From Octopus sinensis (taxonomy: Eukaryota): a stretch of 64,000 nucleotides of DNA. Position 1 is the stretch's first letter, and each line of letters starts with the position of its first letter. The DNA is taken from the NCBI RefSeq assembly GCF_006345805.1, contig NC_043006.1, positions 39,122,001-39,186,000 on the forward strand, given 5' to 3'. Positions 40,218-52,690 of the stretch are shown in pieces. Under the pieces are notes generated by a model. The model ran no database searches, was not told where the DNA came from, and saw nothing but the letters and a program-made list of their open reading frames with translations. The translations under genes were made by a program, and so were the position numbers.

Positions 40218-40933
40218 TACATAAATCCGTATGAAAAATAAGCGACCTCGCAGAACAGCCATGTAAATATAGGCGATAGTCAGTGTATTTAGGATAGCTG
40301 AGTATTGTAAATGATCGCTGCGGTGCGTTCCTGAGGTACAGGCAGAATCTTCGACTGAATATTGACAGTGACATCACAGATCAATCTGTGATATGTATAA
40401 TACAGTTTACAATTGAGCGTACCGTGTTATTCCAGATCAGTGATAAACGAGGCTACACATACTACAAACACGCGTGTGCAACAACTGATGTATCTAGTAA
40501 ACAAGGTATGCATGTATGTTTATATGTATGTGTATGTATGTGTGTATGTATGTATATATGTGTATGTATGTATGAATGTGTATATGTATTTATGTGTATG
40601 TATGTATATATGTATGTTTATATGCATGTACATATTTATGTACCTATGTTCGCATGTATGTGTGTGTATATATATATATGCGAGTGTGTGTGTGTGTGTT
40701 GTGTGTTCTGTGTTCTGTGTTTGTGTGCGTGTATGTAAGTATATATATGTACGTATGTAGAATTGTTATATCAGCTTATACACCCAATGCTCGCTTTTCT
40801 TTCTCATAGGTGAGATATTAAGTATCAAGTTAACAATGTAGATCACATCAAAAACACACCCACACATAGATGAGCACATCTACACACATACACACATACA
40901 CACGCACGCACGCACATTTATGTATGTATGGCG

Positions 40934-41342
40934 TTATTCAGTTTTATTTCAAGATTTCTTGCCAGTAGAAAAAGAGCCGGTTTCTAACCGAGATCCAAGG
41001 GCTCCTTCATTGGAATTTCAACATCAACAGCAGGGTATTTTTGTATGTGTGTATGTATGTACATATGAATGTATGTACGTATGTATGTCATTCAGTTTTA
41101 TTTCAAGACTTTTTGCCAACAGAGAAAGAGCCGGTCTCTAACCTAGATCTAAGGCTCTTTCATTGGAATTTCAACATCAACAACGGTATTTTTGTATGTA
41201 TGTATGTATGTATGTATGTATGTATGTATGTATGTCATTGTTCAGTTTCATTTCAAGATTTCTTGCCAACAGAAAAAAAGGGCCGGTTTCTAACCTAGAT
41301 ATAAGGTTCTTTCATTGGAATTTCAGCATCAACAACAGGGTA

Positions 41343-41373
<31 letters not shown>

Positions 41374-41776
41374 TGTATGTATGTATGTATGTATGTATGA
41401 ATGTATGTATGTCATTGTTCAGTTTCATTTCAAGATTTCTTGCCAACAGAAAAAAAGGGCCGGTTTCTAACCTAGATATAAGGTTCTTTCATTGGAATTT
41501 CAGCATCAACAACAGGGTATTATGTATGTATGTATGTATGTATGTATGTATGTATGTATGTATGTATGTATGTATGTATGTATGTATGCAGATCTGTATG
41601 TTTTGCTTTATGTATGTAATCTCATGCATGTAGTTACATATTTAGACAAGTATGTAGGCATGTATGTCATTATTCAGGTTGTTTCAAGATTTCTTGCCAG
41701 TAGAAAAAGACCCGGTTTCTAACCGAGATCCAAGGCTCCTTCATTGGAATTTCAACATCAACAACAGGGTATTTTT
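40934..41776 (-). repeat. Array of five ~110-bp units separated by variable (TATG)n spacers; probable LINE 3' tails
   Basis: Unit TTCAGTTTYATTTCAAGATTTCTTGCCA..CCGGTTTCTAACC..CATTGGAATTTCARCATCAACAACAGGGTA begins at about 40934, 41088, 41235, 41412 and 41667; 41585-41655 matches the Dong-like 3'UTR at 14590-14665. Confidence 0.85.
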
Positions 41777-42683
41777 GTATGTGTGTATGTATGTATGTAT
41801 GCATGTAATGATGTGGATACGTGCATGTATGTATGTAGGTAAGTAGGTAGATAAGTAGGTAGGTTGGTAGGTAGGTAGGTAGGTAGGTAGGTAGGTAGGT
41901 AGGTAGGCTGATAAGTAGGTAGGTAGGTAGATAAGTAGGTAGGTAGGTGGGTGTGTGAATACGTATGTTAATAGGTATGTATGTAGGTAGATAGATAGGT
42001 AGGTGGGATTGGATAGGTAGGTACGTAGGTAGTTAGGTAGGTAGGTAGGTAGGTATGTGTATTTATGTATTGTGTGTTTCCACTATCCAGATCCACTCAT
42101 TCACTCACAAAGCATTGATCAGCCCGGAGCGACAGTAGCAGCCAATTGGTCAAAGTATTATGCAGTGAGATTGAACCCGAAACCACCTGATTGCAAAGCG
42201 AGTCTCTTGACCACTCAGCTATTTCCGCCCTTGTATATTAAAGACTAACATTCATATTTTGAAGGAGACGCAAAAGAAACTAAGTACAACAAGATAAGAA
42301 TCCTCTCTGAAAGCCTGAATAAAAACACAAAATTTAGGTGACAGCATCATCATAGGTTACATTCGGCATAGGCTATCGACCACTTCTTTTCATTCGTCAC
42401 GACTCTCGACTTATCATAATCATAGTAACTTTATAAGAATCTTTCAGGAAAATCTTTTGAATAATAACAGTACGAGACGCCATATTGAATATATTATAAC
42501 ATTTACTTCCATCCTGTCTGTTCTTTTGTTTGATGTAAACACGACGGCCAAGGCCGTCCTACACGTTCTCGGTTTAATACATATGTGTGTGTCTGTGTGT
42601 CTACGTGTACGTATATATTCATGTGACTCGTTGGCGATTTTTTTCCCCTCCGTCTTCCTTTTCTATTGGACTTTGCTCTGTTT

Positions 42684-42716
42684 CTGAAGAAAGAGCTTTG
42701 CTCGAAATATAAAACC
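42684..42716 (+). ncRNA. Candidate minimal type-I hammerhead-like motif
   Basis: GTTT-CTGAAGA-AA-GAGC-TTT-GCTC-GAAA-TAT-A-AAAC: both core boxes, 4-bp stem II, ATAT palindrome and 4-bp stem I, but two extra A after A9. Confidence 0.35.
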
Positions 42717-42812
42717 ACCTTTCCTTCCTTCCCTGAGCGCCTGCAAATACTTTACATGTACCAAGTCCTCGCCTTGTTTTTTTTGGCGTTTGTTCTCCGT
42801 TTTTTTATTTAC

Positions 42813-42848
<36 letters not shown>

Positions 42849-42858
42849 ATATATATAT

Positions 42859-43044
42859 AGTTGAATTTATAGAAAGACAAAAGACGAAGACTGGTGTATG
42901 AAGAACAAACAAGTGTATTAGTTTGACGACGCTCGGGAGTAATGAACAAGTCTTCTGCGTTTCGAACCTATGCTCTTCAACAGAAAGGAATAAGAGAAAA
43001 TAAACAGAGAGAGTATGTAAAAACTTGCAGATTTCAGCGGTGAA

Positions 43045-43114
<70 letters not shown>

Positions 43115-43297
43115 GAAATTTATAGAAAGACAAAAGACGAAGACTGGTGTATGAAGAACAAACAAGTGTATTAGTTTGACGACGCTCGGGAGTAATGAAC
43201 AAGTCTTCTGCGTTTCGAACCTATGCTCTTCAACAGAAAGGAATAAGAGAAAATAAACAGAGAGAGTATGTAAAAACTTGCAGATTTCAGCGGTGAA

Positions 43298-43350
<53 letters not shown>
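42859..43350 (-). repeat. Near-identical tandem duplication of a ~190-bp Penelope-like terminus plus (TA)n
   Basis: AGTTGAA(A)TTTATAGAAAGACAAAAG...CAGCGGTGAACT at 42859 and 43111; AGTTGA recurs at 43351. Confidence 0.9.
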
Positions 43351-43354
<4 letters not shown>

Positions 43355-43530
43355 GAGGTGGGTTCTGTTAAGAACGTAGAAGAGTACAAATAGACCTTGT
43401 TACATAATTAATTTAAACTTAACTTTAAATCCTGTATATACGAGGATTTGTATTTGTTGAATCATTTGTAGCCATTAAAAAGCTGCCTAACCGTACCGAC
43501 TCTTCCTTTTGACTCTTGTATTTTTAACTT

Positions 43531-43605
<75 letters not shown>

Positions 43606-43649
43606 ATGTATGTATGTATGTATGTATGTAGTATGTATGTATGTATGTA

Positions 43650-43698
<49 letters not shown>

Positions 43699-44023
43699 TG
43701 TACATATGTATATATGCTCGTATATATGTGTGTGTATAGGGGACAACTGACGAGGGAAAAGTTCTTTATGTTGCATGTCTCGTTTATCTGGGGTTTTTTC
43801 GTTGTTCGAAAAAAATTTTGTTTTCTGTGTTTTTGTTTTTTATGTTCTCGTTTCTCATTAACCCATATATGCTTGTATATATATATATTATATATATACA
43901 TGTAGGTATGTACATATATGTATGTATATATGCAATGTTTATATATTATTATATTATACATATATACATACATACCTACATACATACATATATGTATGTA
44001 TATATTATATATATATATATATA

Positions 44024-44061
<38 letters not shown>

Positions 44062-44128
44062 GGTCCCGGGTTGATTCGGGGTTAACCACAGTAAATAAGG
44101 TACTCAATACATAGCAGAGTAAAATTAA

Positions 44129-44254
44129 TTATTATATAGAAGGAGCTTCTACAGGACTAGAACTGTTCATTCAAGAGAAATCTTCAGGAAGCTTCCTGAA
44201 GATTTCTCTTGAATGAAACAGTTCTAGTCCTGTAGAAGCTCCTCTATATAATAA
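44129..44254. repeat. Spacerless 126-bp palindrome centred on AAGCTT (44191/44192)
   Basis: TTATTATATAGAAGGAGCTTCTACAGGACTAGAACTGTTCATTCAAGAGAAATCTTCAGGAAG|CTTCCTGAAG...CTCTATATAATAA; only two 1-nt indels between the arms. Confidence 0.95.
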
Positions 44255-44710
44255 ATATATATATATATATAGATATATATATATAATATATATATAATAT
44301 ATATATATATATATTATATATATATAATATTATTTATATATATATTAATATATAGATATAGATATATATATATATATAATATATACATGCAACATATGTA
44401 TATGCACCAGAAATATATGTCTGCATAAACATATATATATATATCTATACACACATAGTATAATCATATCGTTCGTCCACACACATATATTTGCGTGCAT
44501 GCATGCGTCACGCATCCATGAATGTTGTATGTATGAATTCCCTTGTGTGAGTTTAAATAATACCATAAACATAAAACATAAAACATGCACATACATGCTC
44601 GAACACATATCCATTGAAACTCAGAACTACACAGAAACATATCTTAGCATCCATGTATGCGTGTGTAACTGTGTGTGTATATGGATGTGTGCGTTTTTGT
44701 GAGCTATACC

Positions 44711-44768
<58 letters not shown>

Positions 44769-45121
44769 CACAAACACACATATTTATACACAGACGCATA
44801 TATATATACAAACACATACAAATATATATATATATGCACACACACACTCATATAAACATATACATACATGCAAACATGCACGCATATATGCATATATCAC
44901 AACCGCATATAATACAATTTACCACCGACTGTCATATTATATGCATTTACACACGCACCCCCCGCCTCCACACACACCACACACACACACACACACACAT
45001 ACATGCAGGTACTCACATACGCTGACACATACGTGTAATATATGTACAAGCACTGAAATCGAAACCCATATATACACATATGCACATCATCTACATATAT
45101 ACACTTTCATTCAAACCTAAA

Positions 45122-45157
<36 letters not shown>

Positions 45158-45179
45158 TTCTCCCTTTCTCTCTCTATGC

Positions 45180-45455
45180 CAGGGTTTCTCAACCGTTTTT
45201 GACCTATGGCCCCTCTTCGATTCCTGTTTTACTCGGATGGACCCTTATAACCATTCAATGTTTAAAACAATCAAATTGTATTTTTGTAATTAAATACTAT
45301 TAGGAATTGTGTAAAGAAAAATTGTTAAAATATTGCGTTTTGTAGAAGAATAACCAATTTATAGCAAATAAATTTTAAAAACAAAACCTTCTATGGACCC
45401 CCAGGGGTCATGTGGAACCCCAAGGGTCATATGGGAACCCGCTGAAAGCAATGCT
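45180..45455. mobile_element. Degenerate hAT-type MITE
   Basis: Begins CAGGGTTTCTCAACC; the right end (GCTGAAAGCAATG) is degraded and no TSD was confirmed. Confidence 0.5.
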
Positions 45456-45668
45456 GCATTCTTTTCGTCTTTTATTTGTTTCAGTCATTTGACTGTGTCC
45501 ATGCTGGAGCACCGCCTTTAGTCGAGTAAATCGCCTCCCCCACCCCCGGTGTTTATTCTTTGTAAGCCTAGTACTTATTCTATCGTTCTCTTTTTGCCGA
45601 ATCGGTAAGTGATGGGGACGTAACCACACCAGCATTTATTATCAAGCGAGGATGGGGGGACAAACATA

Positions 45669-45710
<42 letters not shown>

Positions 45711-45799
45711 CACACACGAGACACACACACACACACACATACAAACACACACACAAATATACGACGGGCTTCTTTCTTGGTTCGAAAGAATATTAGTGC

Positions 45800-46180
45800 A
45801 ACTTAAAAATCAAAACAGCCACCATGTTAAAACTCAAGCGATCAGATATTGCTGTGCAGGACGACAAGAAAAAGAATATGCTCTTTTCTGGAAATACCTG
45901 CTCTCGAGAAATTAAAGCGATCAAGAAAGATACAAGAGAAATAGAGCATCTATGAACAATTGATTAGGAGTTTGCAAATCCAGTATCCAAGATACACTTT
46001 CAGTTTCATATCCGTTATTATTGAAGCAAACGGATACATAGTACCCTGTCTGGAGCAAACTATGGTTGAATATGGATTATCGGGGAGAGAAAGAAAATCC
46101 TTGATTTATGTGTTACGAATGATTACGATATTCGACAAAATAAATATCTGCAAGACGTTCTTAAAATTTCAAGGCTTGTG
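45800..46180 (+). mobile_element. R4/Dong-like LINE RLE-domain remnant
   Basis: SDIAVQDDKKKNML...RSLQIQYPRYTFSFISVIIEANGYI...KINICKTFLKF; homologous to 14668-14915. Confidence 0.75.
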
Positions 46181-46208
46181 AACGAAGGAAGCTTTCCTTT
46201 ACAACCTT

Positions 46209-46308
46209 NNNNNNNNNNNNNNNNNNNNNNNNNNNNNNNNNNNNNNNNNNNNNNNNNNNNNNNNNNNNNNNNNNNNNNNNNNNNNNNNNNNNNNNNNNNN
46301 NNNNNNNN
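46209..46308. other. Assembly gap (100 N)
   Basis: Run of exactly 100 N; the true size is unknown. Confidence 1.
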
Positions 46309-46849
46309 TCCAATGACTAAAACACATAGATGAAATATTGAAAATATTGCATTCGTGCATTTTCTAATGACATAAGCGTTGTAAGTGAAACGAAATGAAA
46401 CGAAATGTTTCCGGTCGGAATTCGAAACCGTATCGTAGAGATTTGGGTTGCTAAGAACTGAACGTAACCTAATAGTCATGGTGATTTCTTAAACAGGTGT
46501 AAAACAACAAAAACATGGTTCCATAGACGGTGTCAAAAGGGGAATGCGTAACGTTCATGCATTTCATATGTGTTTATTTCTGGGTTAATGGAATGAATGG
46601 CTTTCACCGGAAATTGAACCCGCGCTCATCAGCGTGGGAGCTGAATTTTCAAGTCTTTAAGCAAACTGCAAAGTATAGGACCAGTTTATCTGTGAAGTAT
46701 GTATTGAAGTTTATGGAATGGATAACATGCGGCGTATTTCTGGCTCTTGTAATGATTCTTCGCCTGAAAAATAAGTTGTAAATAAGCAAAGACCAAAGCA
46801 AGCATCAGTGTGGATCGAACTCGGGACAACGATGGTCTTTTATATCATG

Positions 46850-47310
46850 TACAGGCGTGGTTGTGTGGTAAGAAGCTTGTTTTCCAGCCACATAGTTCTG
46901 GGTTCAGTCCCACAGCACCGTGGGCAAGTGTCTTCCATTATAACCGCGAGCCGATCAAAGCCTAGTGAATGTATTTGGTAGAAGGAAACTGAAAGAAGCC
47001 CGTCGTATATATATATGTGTGTCTGTGTTTGTGCGTATGTGTGTAAATACATATGTGTCTGCGTGTGTGTGTATTTGACTGTCGGACTGTGTCTGAGTCT
47101 TAATATCGGTGTTTGTCCCCACCACCGCTTGGCAACCGGCGTTGATGTGTTTATGTTACCACACATAGCGGTTCGACAAAGGGCACCGATAGAGTTAGTA
47201 CCAGGCTTTTAAAAAAATGATAAGTACTGGGGATCGATTCATTCAATCAAAAATCCTTGAAGGCGGTGCTCCAGCATGGCCGCAGTCTAATGACTGCAAC
47301 AAGCAAACGG
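46850..47310 (+). mobile_element. SINE family A
   Basis: CAGGCGTGGTTGTGTGGTAAGAAGCTTG...GGTGCTCCAGCATGGCCGCAGTC. Confidence 0.88.
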
Positions 47311-47332
47311 TAATATATATATATATATACAT

Positions 47333-47367
<35 letters not shown>

Positions 47368-47690
47368 CACATACATGTATATATATACATATAAACATAC
47401 ACACACATATATATATATATACATACATACATATATATATACATATATACATACACACACATATATATATATATACATATATACATACATATACATATTA
47501 CACACGCACACACACACACACATATAATCTTTGACTCCCTGGGGCACTGGGGTACTGGGGCTTCAGCTCCTGATGGAATTGTGGTGACACCATCGTGATA
47601 CATGAAAACTGACAGAAGAAACTCATCCCTGTCCAGGGGTCTGAATAAAGCTGATTGCTCAAGAATTAATACGAGAGTGAGAGTGTGTGC

Positions 47691-47747
<57 letters not shown>

Positions 47748-48336
47748 AAGAGAGAGAGAGAGAGAGAGTAAGAGAGACAAGCAGACAAGTATCGATCTTA
47801 CAGCTGGACTCTGGTACTTTATTTATCGACCAGCCCTGAGAGAAGGAAAAGTAATGATGACTTCGCTGCGATTTGAACCTAGATAGTAGAGAGCCGGAAC
47901 TAAATACTCCAAGGCTGTTTATCCGACTCTATAACGTCTTTGCCAGCTCGCCGCCTACATGTAAATAATACAAGAAAAGAAAGAGGATCTCCGTCGTTTA
48001 CGACGATGCGTGTTTCAGTCATTCGATCAACGGAAATACCTACTTGTTGCATTATAAGTGAATGTGGTTGAGTATCTCACATACACTTGATATAATAATA
48101 CACCTGCAGAATCAGCTTGACAGAGAGTGTGACAAGACTACCCCTTTTAAATTACAGGTGCAATCAATATAATGGGCTTCCTTACAGTTTCCTTCCATTC
48201 AGTTACATTAGCAAGGCTTAGCTCGATCCGACTCTCTGCTAAAAACACGGTTGTCGAAGAGGACTCGTAGTCAGATCGAACTCGGGACATCGAGGTCGCG
48301 ATGCGAGTTTCTTAATCACCCAACCACGTACGAATC

Positions 48337-48370
<34 letters not shown>

Positions 48371-49183
48371 CTACATACATACATACATACATACATACAT
48401 ACATACGTGCCGCACCTATGTATGTAAATACACATACATGCATACTTATATACACACACACATATACACAGTGACCAAACAGCTATACAGCGATGACCCA
48501 ACGCCAATGTATACATACACACACACTAGCACACATTCATATATATCTATATATATAATATATATATATAATGTATGATATATATATATATATCAATATA
48601 TAATATATATATGTATACACATGTAATACATACAATATATACATATATATATATATATATATACATGTATATATATATATATATATGCACAGTATAATAT
48701 ATATATACATGTAATATACACACACATATATATAATATATATATAATATATATATATATCATGCACTATATATTATATACATGTATACATATAAATATAT
48801 ATATATATATAATAGTACATGTATACATATAAATATATATATATATATATACACATGTATTACATATGTATATACATATATATATATTATATATAGCATG
48901 TATATATATATATATATATTATAAATATATATATAATACATATATATTATATTGCATCTATATTTATATATAAACACACACTCAAAAAAAAATACAAATA
49001 CTATGTATTTTATATATATACACTTTGTGTGTGTGTGAATGCATAAAGTTAGTTTTGAAATACATGAAAGGCAAAGAAATATTCATATATATATATATAA
49101 ACATAAAAACTACCAAAACAGAACAAAACAAAAAAGTCCGTGTACTATATATATCTATATTTATATATTTGTATATACATTAC

Positions 49184-49679
49184 CTTGGAAAAAAGCAACT
49201 ATATTACGGTTATCCTTGTAGGTATGTACATTTCCTCCACGATCATCATCATCAGCATCAACATCATCAGCATCACCAACGTGAACATCAACACCACCAC
49301 GTCTTCTACCAGCTGACGATGATGCTGCTGCTGCTGGTGGTGGTGGCGATGGCCGTGCTGCCGGTTGACGTCCTGCAGATTTTGGTAGGTAAATGTCCTG
49401 GGCTTGGACCAAACCTTCAGAAAGGTTTGGAACTAGGGTGCCGACGATAAACAACACCTCCAGCGAAATCAACCACACAGATCGCATGCTGGCGTGCAGT
49501 CTGTTGCTGTACCGACTGCTTGTGGTTTTTCTCATGTTGTTGTTGTTGTTGTTGTTGTGAATGTTGTTGTTGTTGTGAATGTTGTTTGTGTTGTTATTGT
49601 TGCTGTTGTTGTTTTTGCTAGTGTATTTGTATTTCCTCCTCTTGTTGTTGTTGTTGTGTTGTTTTGATTGTTTGTGCAT
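49184..49679 (-). CDS. First coding exon of a secreted or type-I membrane protein (signal peptide); family unconfirmed
   Basis: In-frame ATGs at 49679, 49535 and 49487. Hydrophobic MRSVWLISLEVLFIVGTLVPNLSEGLVQA is followed by Pro/Ala-rich and acidic linkers and NVHTYKDNRNIVAFFQ. Donor CAAG|GTAATG at 49184/49183 (phase 1). The sequence is CpG-rich and non-repetitive, unlike its surroundings. Confidence 0.78.
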
Positions 49680-50200
49680 CGCCGTCTTTTGGCGACGATG
49701 TCGACTGAAGGCGAAAGAGCCGACGAAGTAAGTAAGTAAACGACCAAAGCTATAACGATAATAATGTCGATGACGACGACGACGACGACGATGACGACGG
49801 CGACTGTGAAGACGACGACGGCGACCACGACAGTGACGACGACCACGACCACGACGACGATAGCGACGATAATAATAATGCTGTTGCTGCTGCTGCGGCT
49901 GCTGCTGCTGCTGCTGATACTATTGATGCTGATGATGCTGATGATGATGATGAAAACATCGCCGGTATCAAACAGTGTTAACAGTAATCCTGGTTGTGAC
50001 TGCTGTGATAGTTAAACGTTTATTTTACTATTGTTTTTATTATTATTATTATTATTATTATTGGTGGTGGTGGTGGTGGTGGTGGTAGCAGTTGTACTGA
50101 GGGGAACGGCGGCGGCGGTGGCGGAGGCAGAGGCAGAGGCAGCGATGGCGATGGCGTTGTAGCGCTGAAGGCGAATCGTCCATGCCTGGTGCTGCGTATG
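49680..50200 (-). promoter_or_regulatory. CpG-rich triplet-repeat 5' region (probable 5'UTR or leader intron)
   Basis: Dense (GAC)n, (GCT)n, (GGT)n and (GGC)n tracts with abundant CpG immediately upstream of the ATG; acceptor-like TACTTAC..TTTCGCCTTCAG ends at 49705. Confidence 0.55.
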
Positions 50201-50385
50201 TATGTATGTATGTATGTATGTATGTGTCTGTGTGTAAGTGTATGCGTGTGTGTTTAAATGTGTGTGTGTGTGTGTGGTGTGTGTGTGTGTGTGTGTGTGT
50301 TTCTCTATGCAAGTAGTTTTTATCAATTTTTTTTTTCATGTATGCGTGCGTGCATTCATATTCCGCCCGTGCGCGCGCGTATTTA

Positions 50386-50421
<36 letters not shown>

Positions 50422-50694
50422 GTGTGTGTGTGTGTTTGCGTGTGTGTATTCGCGAGGGCGTGACTGAGTGTGTGTGTATACGTTTGTGTTAGCTTCTGTG
50501 CATGTGTATTTTATATATTTATTTATTTTTTGTGCGTAAGCGGATGTGTATGTATAAGTGTGTGTATATATGTGTGTAAGTGTGTATGTGTGTAAGTGTG
50601 TATGTGCGTGTGTGTGTGTGTGTGTATATATATTGTATATTTATATATGTTAATCTTCCTTCGAAACTCTTCCTCCGACACACAAACCAATACA

Positions 50695-50944
50695 ACTGAA
50701 GGAAGCAATCACTCGTTCGCTCACTCACTCACTCACTCATTCATTCACTCACTCACAGTCTCATTCATTCACTCTCTCATTCACTCACTCAATCACTCAC
50801 TCACTGGCACCCTAACAACTCACTCACCTCTACTCCTCACTCATTCACCTTCTCGCTGGTTCCTTCACTCACTCTCTATATCCTGGCTCACCCTTACTCT
50901 CACTTACACTCAATTTCATGTCACTCTGTCTTTCTTTCTTTCTT

Positions 50945-50950
<6 letters not shown>
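50695..50950. repeat. Degenerate (TCAC/TCAT)n tract followed by (CT)n, upstream of the gene
   Basis: Directly visible; this repeat type occurs only here in the window. Confidence 0.85.
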
Positions 50951-50976
<26 letters not shown>

Positions 50977-51504
50977 GCACACACATACACACACACAGCT
51001 TACATTAAAAAACAAAAACAAAAGTTAAGTGGACAAAAATCCAAGCCCGCTCTAATCTCTCTCTCTCTTTCTTTACTTCTGTTTCTCTCTTGCTTCCTGT
51101 CTCTCTCTCTCTCTCTCTCTTTCTGTCGCTCGCTTGCTTTCTTTCAATCTCTCTCCTTCTTTCGGTTTCTTTCGTTCTTTACTTCGTTCTTACTATCTTA
51201 CAACACGCTTTTGTTTATTAGTATACGTACTCTTAATATATACACACGCTGGTTACAAGTATTCGCATACATTCATAATATCTACACACACCACACACAC
51301 ACACATACACACACAATACATATTAAACATATTTATACATATAAACTAACACACATACACACATACACACACACACAGTATATCAACGTATTTACATACA
51401 AGTCAAATACATATCCGTACATGCATACACACATACACACACACACAGCACATTAACGTTAAAACTGATATACATAGTGTCAGACACACCCGTATGTACA
51501 CATA

Positions 51505-51545
<41 letters not shown>

Positions 51546-51722
51546 ACTGTATTTCGTTAGGCTCTGGGTTCAAATCCTGCCGGATCGACTTCCCTAATCC
51601 ATCTCTTATGATCGACAAAATAAGTTCCAATCAGGTATTGGTTATCAATACAATCGATTATGAATCTCTCACTGAAAATCTCTTCCCTCGTGCAGTATTT
51701 ATTTAATAGATATGAATATTAT

Positions 51723-52690
51723 AGGCGCAGGAGTGGCTCTGTGGTAAGGAGCTTGCTTCCCATTCACAGGGTTCCGGGTTCAGTCCCACTGCGTGGCACC
51801 TTGGGGAAATATTTTCCACAGTAGCCTTCGACCGACCAAAGCCTTGTAAGTGGATTTCGTAGACGGAAACTGAAAGAAGCCCGTCGTATGTATGTGTATA
51901 TGTATATATGCTTGTGTCTGTGTTTGTCCCGCCCCCCACCATCGCTTGACAACCGATGTTGGTGTGTTTACTTCCCCGTAACGTAGCAGTTCGGCAAAAG
52001 ATACCGATAGAATAAGTACTAGGCTAACAAAGAATATGTCCTGGAGTCGATTTGTTCGACCAAAGGCGGTGCTCCAGCATAGCCGCAGTCAAATCCCTGA
52101 AACAAATAAAAGAAATTATAGGCGCAGGCATGACTGTGTGGTTATGAAGCTCGCTTTGCAACCACGTGTCACTGGGTTCGATCCTACTGCACGGCATCCT
52201 TGTTAAGTGTCTTCTACGATAGTCACGGATCGAAAAATTCCTTGTAAGTGAATTTAGTTCACGGAAACTGAACGGAAGCCCGCCGTATACCTATACTTTT
52301 GCTGCGGCCATGCTGCAGCATCACCGTGAAGAATTTCAGTCAAACAAATCGCCCTCAGGACTTATTTCTTTAAAACTTGATTTCTATTCTATTGGTCTCT
52401 TTTCCCGAACCGCTAAATTACGGGGCATAAACACACCAACACCGGTTGTCAGGCGGTCATGGGAGATAAACATACACACATACACACACACAGAAACACA
52501 GGCACGCATGCTCACTTCTGAGTGTATTGTGTGTGTATGTGTTTGTGTACGATGGGCCGTTTCAAGTTCTGTCTATCATATTTATCATTCATAAGGCTTT
52601 AGTCATCTCAAGGCTATAGTAGAAAATACTTGCTCAAAGCGGCATGCAGTGGGACTGAACCTGGAACCATGTGGTTCAGAAGCAAACTAC
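51723..52690. mobile_element. SINE-A cluster: plus full copy (51723-52115), plus head (52118-52290), minus copy (52295-52690)
   Basis: Family-A head and tail motifs in both orientations. Confidence 0.85.

Noticed and set aside
40934-41776. CRISPR array interpretation
   Set aside because: Repeats of ~110 bp, microsatellite spacers, eukaryotic context and no cas genes.
46590-46645. tRNA gene candidates (here and in SINE heads)
   Set aside because: Only B-box/T-arm fragments; no complete cloverleaf could be built.
47520-47650. GC-richer open segment on the minus strand (DPWTGMSFFCQ...)
   Set aside because: No credible donor; flanked by microsatellites and probably a repeat fragment.
49025-49450. 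Plus-strand 141-aa His/Leu-rich ORF
   Set aside because: It is the antisense shadow of the real minus-strand exon.
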